From: a virus
Lineage: Duplodnaviria > Caudoviricetes
Length of the DNA stretch: 45,983 nt
Direction: 5' to 3' (one strand)
Virus record (IMG/VR): IMGVR_UViG_3300017902_000440
Coordinates: 1-45,983 of that record
Shown: positions 1 to 8,782 of the stretch, in pieces
Layout: every line of letters starts with the position of its first letter
How positions within the stretch are numbered: the stretch's first letter is position 1
Made by a program: the position numbers and the translations under genes
Notes under the pieces: model-generated
The model's input: the letters and a program-made list of their open reading frames with translations, nothing else
Databases searched by the model: none
What the model was told of the DNA's origin: nothing

Positions 1-105
1 GAGTTCCTTGGCAAGACATGGGATTGGGTGATGGAAGCCATCGCCACTAACCCCATGATGTTCTCAGATCGTGCCATAGAGGCACACAAGGAGTTGACAC
101 AATGA
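1..105 (+). CDS. 3' end of hypothetical protein (truncated by window edge)
   Basis: Frame 1 is open from base 1 to TGA at 103-105 (EFLGKTWDWVMEAIATNPMMFSDRAIEAHKELTQ); ATGA overlap with the next ORF. Confidence 0.6.
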   Translation, partial: EFLGKTWDWVMEAIATNPMMFSDRAIEAHKELTQ

Positions 106-284
106 TGACACCTTGGTATGCTTATGGGGAAACTGGTGAGGCAGTTTTGAGTGTGGTTGAATCCGCACTTGATGGGGGTGATACAACACGTTTCATAAAT
201 TCGTTGCGTAGAATTGGATTGAGTGATCAGGAGATCATGCACGTTTACGCTGAGGAAGTCTTAGAGATTGAACAAAAGAAGTAA
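102..284 (+). CDS. hypothetical protein
   Basis: 60 aa ORF, AAGGAG RBS upstream, coupled to the previous ORF. Confidence 0.7.
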   Translation: MMTPWYAYGETGEAVLSVVESALDGGDTTRFINSLRRIGLSDQEIMHVYAEEVLEIEQKK

Positions 285-456
285 ACAAAAATTATTAGAA
301 CAGGAAGCCCGTAGAGGGCTTTTCCTGCTTCTGGATCATTATCTGATCGCCCGTCAAAATGGTGAACATGTCACCAACGGGAGACCAGAAGAAATTGAAA
401 CTGCAATTTGGAGATGGCATAGTGAAGTTCTTGCAAGAAGTAACGAAGTGGACTGA
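268..456 (+). CDS. hypothetical protein
   Basis: 62 aa ORF with TTG start, fills the gap between neighbours. Confidence 0.55.
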   Translation: MNKRSKQKLLEQEARRGLFLLLDHYLIARQNGEHVTNGRPEEIETAIWRWHSEVLARSNEVD

Positions 457-610
457 GGCACCAAACACCCCGAACCACATATATATATTTAACGACAAAA
501 ATCAAAACGTTGGATATATCAAACGGGGAACATCTGAAATGTTGATGTTCTCAAAACCATCGAAACAGTTCGACAAACGCTACCGAAAGTTTGTCGAAGT
601 TGAAGTATAG
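422..610 (+). CDS. conserved phage hypothetical protein
   Basis: Likely GTG start at 422 after GGAG; pattern K.LQE.T.W...PNHIY...VGYI..G...F.KP..FDKRYRKF recalled from T4-like phage small proteins. Confidence 0.65.
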   Translation: MKFLQEVTKWTEAPNTPNHIYIFNDKNQNVGYIKRGTSEMLMFSKPSKQFDKRYRKFVEVEV

Positions 611-619
611 GAGATTGTA

Positions 620-859
620 ATGGCAAGTCACGATGCTTTGGTAATTCAAAGTGGCCCTAAAAAATTAACAATGGAAGACGTTACGTTAATGGTGGATAAG
701 TTGTCACCGAATGACGCAGCGATCATCTACAACACATTCAAATTTGTGAATGATCTTCTGAACCCAGAGATGTATGGTCATGCCGTATCTGCTGAGGTGA
801 GGGATCAGGCTCGGGTTTGTTTAGGTTTACCGAAAGTAGAACAGAATGCCTACCTATAA
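620..859 (+). CDS. hypothetical protein
   Basis: 79 aa ORF, AGGAG RBS. Confidence 0.7.
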   Translation: MASHDALVIQSGPKKLTMEDVTLMVDKLSPNDAAIIYNTFKFVNDLLNPEMYGHAVSAEVRDQARVCLGLPKVEQNAYL

Positions 860-1145
860 GTTTCATAACAAGGATACAGGCGAAGTTTGGGAAGACTTTA
901 TGGGGATATCTGCAGCAGATGATATGCTGAAAGATAATCCCCATATTGAACGGCTAGTCAATGGTGCGCCGGGCCTCATTGGAGGCACAGGTGATCGGAC
1001 TAAGCCGGATGGTGGGTTCAAGGAAGTCCTATCTAAAATATCAGAGGCAAATCCAACCTCTGCCCTTGCAAACACCTACGGAGCGAAGGATGCAAAATCC
1101 GTGGCGGTGAGAGATTTGGTGCAAAAACATCGCCCCAAAGTGTAA
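846..1145 (+). CDS. FmdB-like putative regulatory protein (T4-like conserved, Cys-less variant)
   Basis: MPTYKF.NK.TGE..E..M.I......L.DNPHI and KPD.GF.EVLSKI pattern of the T4-like marine phage FmdB-type family. Confidence 0.7.
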   Translation: MPTYKFHNKDTGEVWEDFMGISAADDMLKDNPHIERLVNGAPGLIGGTGDRTKPDGGFKEVLSKISEANPTSALANTYGAKDAKSVAVRDLVQKHRPKV

Positions 1146-1186
1146 GGTGACATGGAAAATTCACTATTTTTTGTAACACAATAAAT

Positions 1187-1194
1187 TATAAATA
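1187..1194 (+). promoter_or_regulatory. T4-type late promoter
   Basis: TATAAATA in intergenic DNA 38 nt before ATG 1233. Confidence 0.8.
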
Positions 1195-1232
1195 TTGTTG
1201 AGCCGTATATGGGACTATAAGAGGGACTTAAT

Positions 1233-2219
1233 ATGAAATGGCTTAAGATGATTACTGCAATCTGTTTGATTTCAGTAATGAACGTGGGGTGTGCTTCAGC
1301 CTCTGGTAGTAATTATTATGAAGCCGTGCAGAAAGCCGCAGAAGCGAAAGCTCTTGTGTCTGAAGCACGTTACCGAGCTCTCGCTCAAGTCGCAGCGAGT
1401 GGCGATGGTCAGGCTGCATCCGCAGCTGTCATGGCAATCGCACTGTCCAATGAGGACACAATCGTTCCACAGTATGTCGAATCTTCCGCTCTGAAATGGG
1501 CGCAAGTCTTGACACCAACTATCGGAACATTGGGATTGGGTATTGTTCAAGCAAACGTTGCTAAGAACGCCGCAAACAAGGCTGCTGAAGTTCAAATGGC
1601 TTCTATGCAGGCTAATGCTGATATTCAATTGGGTCAACAAACTATGATCAGTAACATGGGATCACAGTGGGCTGATGTCGCAGCTGCTGGTGGACAGGCA
1701 ACAGTTGATGTTGCTCTCGCCGGATTTGGCGCACTCAACAACGCTGGTGACCAGACTGTTCAACTCGGTCTCGCTGGGTTAGATACTGCTGATAGTATTG
1801 CCACAACTGGTTTTACTACAGTTGACAGTATCGCAACCACTGGATTCACCACTGTTGGTGATGTTGCTACAGTTGGTATGAACAACCTCAACGATATGGG
1901 TCAGTTTGGTATGACTACGGTTGGAGCAGTTGGTCTTGCAGGCATGGATAACCTTACCACGCTTGGCACTACTGGTATGGAAAACATGCTTAACTTGTCG
2001 TTAGATTACAACGACTTGATCGACACTATGAATACCACTAACGCTGATACGTTGACTACGACACTGGCTGATGCAAATGATACTAACCTTCAAGGTCAGA
2101 CAAACTTTGCTCAGATCATCGCAAACATGCAGGCTACTATTGATGCAATGTCATCGCAGCTAAACGATCCTATCACCTGTAACGTTGCTGGGGACGGAAC
2201 AGTCACTTGCAACAACTAG
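1233..2219 (+). CDS. putative lipoprotein with 11-residue (hendecad) repeats
   Basis: Basic N-terminus, hydrophobic stretch and NVG-C lipobox-like site; seven 11-aa repeats; C-terminal Cys pair; own late promoter and terminator. Confidence 0.75.
   Translation: MKWLKMITAICLISVMNVGCASASGSNYYEAVQKAAEAKALVSEARYRALAQVAASGDGQAASAAVMAIALSNEDTIVPQYVESSALKWAQVLTPTIGTLGLGIVQANVAKNAANKAAEVQMASMQANADIQLGQQTMISNMGSQWADVAAAGGQATVDVALAGFGALNNAGDQTVQLGLAGLDTADSIATTGFTTVDSIATTGFTTVGDVATVGMNNLNDMGQFGMTTVGAVGLAGMDNLTTLGTTGMENMLNLSLDYNDLIDTMNTTNADTLTTTLADANDTNLQGQTNFAQIIANMQATIDAMSSQLNDPITCNVAGDGTVTCNN
1770..2000 (+). repeat. 7 x 33-nt (11-aa) degenerate tandem repeat
   Basis: LAGLDTADSIA/TTGFTTVDSIA/TTGFTTVGDVA/TVGMNNLNDMG/QFGMTTVGAVG/LAGMDNLTTLG/TTGMENMLNLS; invariant Gly at position 3. 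Confidence 0.8.
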
Positions 2220-2240
2220 TTACACAAAAGTGTGATAAAT

Positions 2241-2265
2241 AAGGGGGTGTTGACCCCCTTTTTTT
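2241..2265 (+). terminator. Rho-independent terminator
   Basis: AAGGGGGT-GTTG-ACCCCCTT followed by a T run, just after the stop at 2219. Confidence 0.85.
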
Positions 2266-2277
2266 ATGGAGTAAATT

Positions 2278-2724
2278 ATGGTTAAACCAAATCCCAAGTT
2301 AGAACAACAAAAACTTGCATTGATTGAGGAAAAAATTGAGAAGTCTTTTCTCAAGACGCAAGAAGAATTTGAGACTGATGATACAGAAGATATCATTGAA
2401 GCGTTATCAGAGGCATTATCTATAGATTATGTTGAGAAATGGAAAGTATATGCGAGAATGAAACTCGCAGAACGAAATTTCCAACGGTCTGAGATGATGC
2501 GGAAAAGTCTGATACAAAAACTTATTCACACACAAGCGAACCTAGATGTCACTCTCACCGCACTGGAGGACAAGAAGATAGCAGTTGACTTTGAGATACA
2601 GGATAAGATGAGACTAAAGGAACAGATCAAGAGTCTACGCAACGAAATCAAAACGCTTAAAAAACCTAAAGAGGTTTCAAAGCGTTCGGCCCCCGAAAAA
2701 AAGTCGCCGGCCAAAAACGCCTGA
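2278..2724 (+). CDS. coiled-coil hypothetical protein
   Basis: 148 aa, GGAG RBS, K/E/L-rich heptads. Confidence 0.75.
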   Translation: MVKPNPKLEQQKLALIEEKIEKSFLKTQEEFETDDTEDIIEALSEALSIDYVEKWKVYARMKLAERNFQRSEMMRKSLIQKLIHTQANLDVTLTALEDKKIAVDFEIQDKMRLKEQIKSLRNEIKTLKKPKEVSKRSAPEKKSPAKNA

Positions 2725-2733
2725 GAGGTTTTT

Positions 2734-2741
2734 TATAAATA
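2734..2741 (+). promoter_or_regulatory. T4-type late promoter
   Basis: TATAAATA, intergenic, upstream of ATG 2772. Confidence 0.8.
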
Positions 2742-2771
2742 GTCTTATCACAAACACAGTTGTTGAAGAAA

Positions 2772-4031
2772 ATGTTTAGTTTCGCATCATATTTACAGGA
2801 AGATGCTCAAGGTAAGAATTTGCATCTGGAACACCTAGAGGACGAAATACTTAATTTCGGAATCGGTGGTGCTCGTGGAGCGATCAACTTTTTGCAAGCC
2901 TTACGAGATATGTTGTCGGGTAACGCTCGTTCTTCAATCAATATGACTGTCAAGTGGGATGGCGCCCCTGCTATATTTGCTGGTGTCGATCCTTCTGATG
3001 GCAAATTTTTTGTCGCAAAGAAGTCTGTATTCAATAAGACTCCACTGCTGTATAAGACAAGAAAAGAAATAAATGATGACCCAAAACTACCACAAGCTTT
3101 AAAACCATCATTTTTAATCGCACTGGAAGAATTTAGTAAATTAGGTATAAAAGGTGTCTTGCAAGGCGATCTGATGTTTACTTCTAGTTCTTTGGAAACG
3201 GAGATGATAGATGGACAGAGATTTACTACCTTTCAACCGAACACGATTGTATATGCGGTTCCGAGATATTCTGATCTTGATCGCCAAATCAGGTCTGCAA
3301 AAATTGGTGTCGTTTGGCACACAACATACTCAGGGCAAACTCTGGAAAAAATGTCGGCGTCTTTTGGTGCAAACATTAGTGGACTCAGGAAAAACAAGGC
3401 GGTTTGGATGGATGATGCTACATACCGTGATGAGAGCGGAACTGCGACATTTACTAAATCGGAAACTAATGTTGTAACTGGATATCTGGCCACCGCCGGT
3501 AGATTGTTTCAACGTATAAAGAAAACAGAACTTGATGCCATGTTGAGATTGCAACGGCAACTAGAGTCGCAGGGCAAAACTGCTGGTGCTACTCTCAAGA
3601 CCTATGCTAACTCCAAAGTTCGTGCTGGAGAAAAGATCACAAATGTCACGGCATATGTCAATGGGTATGAGAAGTGGGTTTCTGATAAGTTTGATGTCCA
3701 GACCCAAAAACTAAAACAAGAAAAATCAAAGAAAGAGAACGAAAGAAAGAAACAAGAAGTTCTCAGAGAAGTCAGAAAACACCGCAATTTGCTAATCAAT
3801 GTCATCTCATTCCAGAATGCTCTGGTAGATGCTAAAATGGTTATTGTGAGAAAACTAAATACTATTAAACAAATGATGGATACTTTTGTTCGCACCAAAC
3901 AGGGATTCAAGGTTACTAATCCAGAAGGATATGTTGCCATTGACAGAGTTGGTGGAAATGCGGTCAAACTAGTAGACAGGATGGAGTTTAGTTACAATAA
4001 CTTCACCGCAATCAAGGCATGGGACAGATGA
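2772..4031 (+). CDS. RNA-ligase-like covalent nucleotidyltransferase (resembles DUF6267 family of T4-like phages)
   Basis: TVKWDGAPA (motif I KxDG), VLQGDLMF (motif III-like), PEGYVAI (motif IV), AVKLVDR (motif V); N-terminus MFSFASYLQE resembles a capsid-targeting sequence. Confidence 0.7.
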   Translation: MFSFASYLQEDAQGKNLHLEHLEDEILNFGIGGARGAINFLQALRDMLSGNARSSINMTVKWDGAPAIFAGVDPSDGKFFVAKKSVFNKTPLLYKTRKEINDDPKLPQALKPSFLIALEEFSKLGIKGVLQGDLMFTSSSLETEMIDGQRFTTFQPNTIVYAVPRYSDLDRQIRSAKIGVVWHTTYSGQTLEKMSASFGANISGLRKNKAVWMDDATYRDESGTATFTKSETNVVTGYLATAGRLFQRIKKTELDAMLRLQRQLESQGKTAGATLKTYANSKVRAGEKITNVTAYVNGYEKWVSDKFDVQTQKLKQEKSKKENERKKQEVLREVRKHRNLLINVISFQNALVDAKMVIVRKLNTIKQMMDTFVRTKQGFKVTNPEGYVAIDRVGGNAVKLVDRMEFSYNNFTAIKAWDR

Positions 4032-4657
4032 GTAAGGAAAAACACATAGTATTTGCTTTTGGTAGGATGAACCCACCCACTGCTGGTCACAGTAAACTGG
4101 TGGACAAGGTTCACTCAGAAGCAAGAAAAAAGGGAGCAGATCACAGAGTGATTGTCAGCCATTCTCAAGACAAACACAAAAATCCACTTACATCTGCACA
4201 AAAAATTCGATACCTAAAACATGTTCATCCACAGGGCAAGTTTGAGGGTTCTTCATCATCACAACCACACGTTTTCGCTCACTTGGCGAAAATGCACCAA
4301 CAAGGACATACTCATGTCACGATGGTTGCTGGTTCTGACCGTGTTGGAGAGTTTCACAAGTTGATCAACAAATATAATGGTAAAAAAGGTAGTCACGGAT
4401 ATTATAAATTCAAGAGTCTGAAGGTAGTTTCTGCCGGCGCTCGTGATCCAGACGCCACGGGTGTCGCTGGTATCAGTGGCACTAAAATGCGATCTCACGC
4501 ATCCAACAATGACTACAAATCTTTTAAATCAGGACTTCACACCAAAACCTCACACGGAGAGGCCAAGAAGTTATTCAACGCAACAAGAAAGGGAATGGGG
4601 TTGAAAGAGGGTCAAGTTAGATTGTCTTTCTCTGCATTTCTAAAGGAATCGACATGA
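4028..4657 (+). CDS. cytidyltransferase-family (HIGH) nucleotidyltransferase, NMNAT/PPAT-like
   Basis: FGRMNPPTAGH (T/HxGH), KNPL, VAGSDR and ISGTKMR motifs; ATGA-coupled to the upstream gene. Confidence 0.85.
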   Translation: MSKEKHIVFAFGRMNPPTAGHSKLVDKVHSEARKKGADHRVIVSHSQDKHKNPLTSAQKIRYLKHVHPQGKFEGSSSSQPHVFAHLAKMHQQGHTHVTMVAGSDRVGEFHKLINKYNGKKGSHGYYKFKSLKVVSAGARDPDATGVAGISGTKMRSHASNNDYKSFKSGLHTKTSHGEAKKLFNATRKGMGLKEGQVRLSFSAFLKEST

Positions 4658-5100
4658 ATAGAGAGGAAGTATACGAACAACTAAAAATAGACGAGGGAGT
4701 GGTTTATGAAATCTACAACGATCACCTCGGATACCCCACCTTTGGAGTCGGTCATCTTATCAAAGAAAGTGATCAGGAATTCGGAAAACCTGTTGGAACT
4801 CCAGTTGACGAAGAAAGAGTCAGGGCGTGTTTTGAGAGAGACCTTGACATTGCCGAACGAGAGTGTGAGCATCTATACGGAGAACGGGAATTTGGAAGTT
4901 TCCCAGAGCAAGTCCAGCAAGTCTTGGTTAATATGATGTTCAACATGGGGCGTCCGAGATTAAGTCAGTTCAAGAAAATGAATAAAGCAATCCACGAAGG
5001 TGATTGGAAAACTGCCGCCGTGGAAGGCAGAGACTCTAGGTGGCACAAACAAGTCACTAATAGAGCGGAAAGGTTGATGGTAAGATTAGAGGAAGTATAA
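4654..5100 (+). CDS. T4-type lysozyme (GH24), probable endolysin
   Basis: LKIDEG...IYNDHLGYPTFGVGH (catalytic E-x8-D-x5-T), NMMFNMG, F.KM..A....W..AA.E..DSRW..Q...RA.RL. Confidence 0.92.
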   Translation: MNREEVYEQLKIDEGVVYEIYNDHLGYPTFGVGHLIKESDQEFGKPVGTPVDEERVRACFERDLDIAERECEHLYGEREFGSFPEQVQQVLVNMMFNMGRPRLSQFKKMNKAIHEGDWKTAAVEGRDSRWHKQVTNRAERLMVRLEEV

Positions 5101-5192
5101 TGGCACTTTCAAAATACGAGAAAAAGGGTCTTGCAATCAGCTTTACCATCATTATTTTGGTTGCTACACTTTTTCCAATGCTGGTATTATAA
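5100..5192 (+). CDS. 30-aa single-TM membrane protein
   Basis: MALSKYEKKGLAISFTIIILVATLFPMLVL; TAATG overlap with the lysozyme stop; below the ORF-track cutoff. Confidence 0.6.
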   Translation: MALSKYEKKGLAISFTIIILVATLFPMLVL

Positions 5193-5204
5193 CGAGGAAG
5201 TATA

Positions 5205-5591
5205 ATGGATAAAAATATGATGAAAGGAATTATTATTGGTTTTATGGTCATTACCATAGGTGCGTGTTCAAGTCTAGGCAACTTGATCCCCAATAAATTT
5301 GATAACGTTGAGTATGGTTCTTTGGTTAGATTGGGTGTCATTGCAGAGAATACCAAAGAATGTAACGAAACACTGATAATAACTGCGTGGGGTGAATCTG
5401 CATTTTTAGAAAAGTATGCTAAATACACCATGAACGAAACCAGCCAAAAAATTTATGTTAGGATCAATGATCTTGTAGAAGAACTGAAGGACAGGGAAGA
5501 CCCAACTCCAGCATATTGTCGCATCAAGTGGGGCAATATCTCAAAGGTGGTTGAGGAAGCCCTATCCGTTTCTGGGAGTAGACAAAAATGA
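5205..5591 (+). CDS. putative lipoprotein
   Basis: Signal peptide with IGA-C lipobox, two further Cys, GAGG RBS. Confidence 0.75.
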   Translation: MDKNMMKGIIIGFMVITIGACSSLGNLIPNKFDNVEYGSLVRLGVIAENTKECNETLIITAWGESAFLEKYAKYTMNETSQKIYVRINDLVEELKDREDPTPAYCRIKWGNISKVVEEALSVSGSRQK

Positions 5592-5806
5592 GTTGCGAAG
5601 AAACTTTAATTAACCATTATTCACAAAAGGTCAAAGAGTTAAATGAACTCTTGGACACTGGAATGCTCAGTCCATCTGAGTATGAAGAACTAGTTGGAGA
5701 CTTCAAAGATATAGAATCTATCAGAGAAGATATCAGTGATGAAAAGAACAAAATTCTCGCTGCAAAAATCGTAGAGGCTATATCGGTTTTAATCAAGGTG
5801 GTTTAA
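5588..5806 (+). CDS. hypothetical acidic helical protein
   Basis: 72 aa, ATGA coupling. Confidence 0.7.
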   Translation: MSCEETLINHYSQKVKELNELLDTGMLSPSEYEELVGDFKDIESIREDISDEKNKILAAKIVEAISVLIKVV

Positions 5807-6348
5807 TGTTTTTCCATGAGACCGATGACTTCTTAGTTGTCGCAAATCTCAGATGTGGACACACCAGTATGGCATCTGCCTTTGGTATTGAACCGCATAA
5901 ATTTATGGAGGCAAACCCAGACAATTGGATATACAGGTTAAAGTATTCTAAATCAAGAATTAAGGTTGTTGTGGTGAGAAATCCTTGGGATAGATTACAA
6001 TCTGCCATGAACTTCTCAACAGACCACACTGTTATTTCTGAACACTCAATACCCTATCTGAGTAAATTGAATGGTCTTGACAGTGAAAAAAGAACTTTGG
6101 GTGGTCAAGGGCAACTCTGTTTCCGTTTTGAAGATTACTTTATCATAAATTTTCACAAATTGTCTGAATATATACCTATTGCTGATAAGTCTGTGGTTAC
6201 CAATGCTGAGTCATCCGAAAAAGATTTGGATAAGATGTTTGAGTTTTGGTCACCACAAGAATTGTATGATGAGGACAAATCTTATCTTGAGATAATGAAA
6301 AGACAACCAGAAATATCTGTATCCGTTTTTAAGAATTTTTATAAATAA
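5806..6348 (+). CDS. sulfotransferase-like protein (Sulfotransfer_2 type)
   Basis: ANLRCGHTSM (5'-PSB-like) and VVVRNPWDRLQSA (3'-PB-like) motifs. Confidence 0.6.
   Translation: MFFHETDDFLVVANLRCGHTSMASAFGIEPHKFMEANPDNWIYRLKYSKSRIKVVVVRNPWDRLQSAMNFSTDHTVISEHSIPYLSKLNGLDSEKRTLGGQGQLCFRFEDYFIINFHKLSEYIPIADKSVVTNAESSEKDLDKMFEFWSPQELYDEDKSYLEIMKRQPEISVSVFKNFYK
6340..6347 (+). promoter_or_regulatory. T4-type late promoter
   Basis: TATAAATA overlapping the upstream stop, 5 nt before ATG 6353 (near-leaderless). Confidence 0.75.
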
Positions 6349-6352
6349 GCGT

Positions 6353-8782
6353 ATGGAAAAGAAATTTACAGATTTTGTCCCTCTTGAGGAGGGAATCAAC
6401 GACCCTGCTATCTTCAAGGCAGTTTTTCTCGCTGGCGGGCCTGGGTCTGGCAAGTCTTTCATGGTTGGGCAAACAGGTCTAAACTCACTAGGTTTCAAGG
6501 TAGTCAACTCTGATCAGCAATTTGAAGTTGCTCTAAAAAAAGCTGGTATGTCTCAGACACCAGATGATATATTTTCAACAAAAGGTCAATCTCTCAGAGA
6601 CCGAGCCAAGTTTATCACTGCTAAAAGAAAATCAGGATTTCTTGATGGTAGACTAGGATTAGTCATTGATGGCACTGGTAGAGATTACGAAAAAATATCA
6701 AAACAAAAAAGAGAACTAGAAAAACTGGGATACGAGACTGCCATGATAATGGTAAACACATCCCTACAAACCGCTGTCGGCCGAGACAAAGCAAGAGAAA
6801 GGACGTTAGGAAAAGATGCTATCACTCCAATGTGGAAATCGGTTCAACAAAACATTGGTAAATTTTCAAACCTTTTCAAACAGAATTTTTTCATTGTAGA
6901 CAATTCAGATGGTGCAGACTTTAAGAAGGGTGCATTGTCAGTCTACAGAAACATTAGTGCTTGGTCAAAGAGACCCCCACAAAAACCAATCGCACAAAGA
7001 TGGATTAAGAATGAGATGCAAAAGAGAAACATCAAGAGAGAATCCGTGCCTGATGATGAGAACTACATTGATGAGGCATGTTGGGTAGGTTGGAAACAAA
7101 AGGGCATGAAAAAGAAGGGAAACCGAATGGTTCCTAATTGTGTCAAAGAGGATGACATGGATGAAGCATTTAGACTCAAGAAGTCCAAACCCTCTGCACA
7201 AGAAAGATTCAACAAAAGATTGAAAGATAAACATGGTATTGATTTAGACGCAAATCTAAAGTATTATAAGAGCGTGTCTGACAAATACAAACAGAAAATG
7301 AAAGATGCAAATGAGGAAAGCAATCCTCGTATTCCTAGAAAGAAGGGTCAGCCCGCCAACTCCAAAAAACACTCTGACTTGTATACAGATGAAAATCCAA
7401 AAGGCACAATTCATGGGTTGGGTTTCAAAGATGTGGCAACTGCTAAAGAATCCGTTAGTAAAATTCGTGGGTCTTCAAGGTCTCACGCACATAAAATCCA
7501 AGCAGCTGTTGCTATGGAACAAAGAGCAAGAGAGATGGGTAAAACCTCTGAAGCAGCAGTCTACAGAAAATTCATCAACACGATGAAAAAGAAGACTAAG
7601 AAAATGAATGAAGACATCAAGAAGATGGATATGGGGGATGTTATCAAAGATTTCTACAAGAGTGACGCACCTCAATTCAAGGGTAAGTCTAAGAAGAAGC
7701 GTAGAGAGATGGCCATCGCCGCAAAACTTCAGAGTCAAGAAGAAGAACTCTCTTTCACCGCAGAAGATTTGAGAAAGTGGTTTGGCAAAGGCCCGAAAGG
7801 TGATTGGGTTCGTGTCGGCACTGATGGTGAAATCAAAGGTAAATGTGCGAGGGAGCCTGGAGAAGGTAAACCCAAGTGTATGCCCCGTTCAAAGGCTCAC
7901 AGTATGTCCAAGGATGACAGGGCAACTTCTGCCAGACGCAAACGCAGAAAAGACCCCGTTGCAGATAGGCCAGGCAAGGGTGGTAAACCCATCATGGTGA
8001 AGACCGATGTGAAAAAAGAAGAATACAAGTATGAGTGGGGCACTCCAGAGGCAACTGCATATATGAAAGCGTTGACCCCAGGCGAGCCGGGAGATACCAC
8101 AAAGAAGAATAAGACTTCTAATAAGTATCACTACAAAGCAAAAGAGATTGTAGAACGTAGGAGATTGGCGGAGGAAGATGCCGATATAGAAGTGTTGGAG
8201 ATGGATGTTGATTCTATCTTTACCGCAGAAGAAATCACTGACATGGAAATTCAGATCGACAACATGGATTTCGATGATCTGGTTGACTTAGGTATGTATG
8301 ATGAAGATGAGTTAATATATATTGATGATGAGGATGAAGGTGATATCCATGATGATATACAGATAACAGAAGTTCTGTCTATCCAAGGTAGAATGAAAAG
8401 ACGTTTTGCCGCTAGGAGAAACCGTCAGAAGTTGAAGGTTGCTCGTATGCGTGCTGCAAGACGGGCATCTGATCCAGGCCGACTGAAACGCCGTGCTACT
8501 CGTGGTGCGAGAAACATGATCAAGGCAAGGATTGCTAGAGGTAGGGATATTCAATCACTCCCGCCCGCAGAGAAAGCACGAATCGAAACGATGGCGAAAA
8601 GATTCTCTGGTCTGGTTGCTAGAATGGCAACTAGGTTGGCGCCAGTTGTTAGACGAAACGAATTGAAACGTCTGACATCAAGAAACAGAAAACCCATGAA
8701 GGCGAAGAAGTATAATCCCGCTAGAGCAAAGGCACAGGCGTCTAAACAGAAGGCGAAGAAGTTTAAGGTGAAAAAGAAATGA
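6353..8782 (+). CDS. zeta-toxin/PNK-like P-loop kinase fused to a multi-module basic polyprotein (probable internal head protein)
   Basis: AVFLAGGPGSGKS Walker A, VNSD, LVIDGTG, RDKARER lid; followed by short K/R-rich modules separated by [LIVM]xE sites; N-terminus MEKKFTDFVPLEE. Confidence 0.8.
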   Translation: MEKKFTDFVPLEEGINDPAIFKAVFLAGGPGSGKSFMVGQTGLNSLGFKVVNSDQQFEVALKKAGMSQTPDDIFSTKGQSLRDRAKFITAKRKSGFLDGRLGLVIDGTGRDYEKISKQKRELEKLGYETAMIMVNTSLQTAVGRDKARERTLGKDAITPMWKSVQQNIGKFSNLFKQNFFIVDNSDGADFKKGALSVYRNISAWSKRPPQKPIAQRWIKNEMQKRNIKRESVPDDENYIDEACWVGWKQKGMKKKGNRMVPNCVKEDDMDEAFRLKKSKPSAQERFNKRLKDKHGIDLDANLKYYKSVSDKYKQKMKDANEESNPRIPRKKGQPANSKKHSDLYTDENPKGTIHGLGFKDVATAKESVSKIRGSSRSHAHKIQAAVAMEQRAREMGKTSEAAVYRKFINTMKKKTKKMNEDIKKMDMGDVIKDFYKSDAPQFKGKSKKKRREMAIAAKLQSQEEELSFTAEDLRKWFGKGPKGDWVRVGTDGEIKGKCAREPGEGKPKCMPRSKAHSMSKDDRATSARRKRRKDPVADRPGKGGKPIMVKTDVKKEEYKYEWGTPEATAYMKALTPGEPGDTTKKNKTSNKYHYKAKEIVERRRLAEEDADIEVLEMDVDSIFTAEEITDMEIQIDNMDFDDLVDLGMYDEDELIYIDDEDEGDIHDDIQITEVLSIQGRMKRRFAARRNRQKLKVARMRAARRASDPGRLKRRATRGARNMIKARIARGRDIQSLPPAEKARIETMAKRFSGLVARMATRLAPVVRRNELKRLTSRNRKPMKAKKYNPARAKAQASKQKAKKFKVKKK

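Noticed and set aside
6353-7030. Zeta toxin of a toxin-antitoxin pair
   Set aside because: No adjacent epsilon-like antitoxin; late promoter and polyprotein fusion; the P-loop family also includes PNK-type kinases, so toxin activity is unsupported
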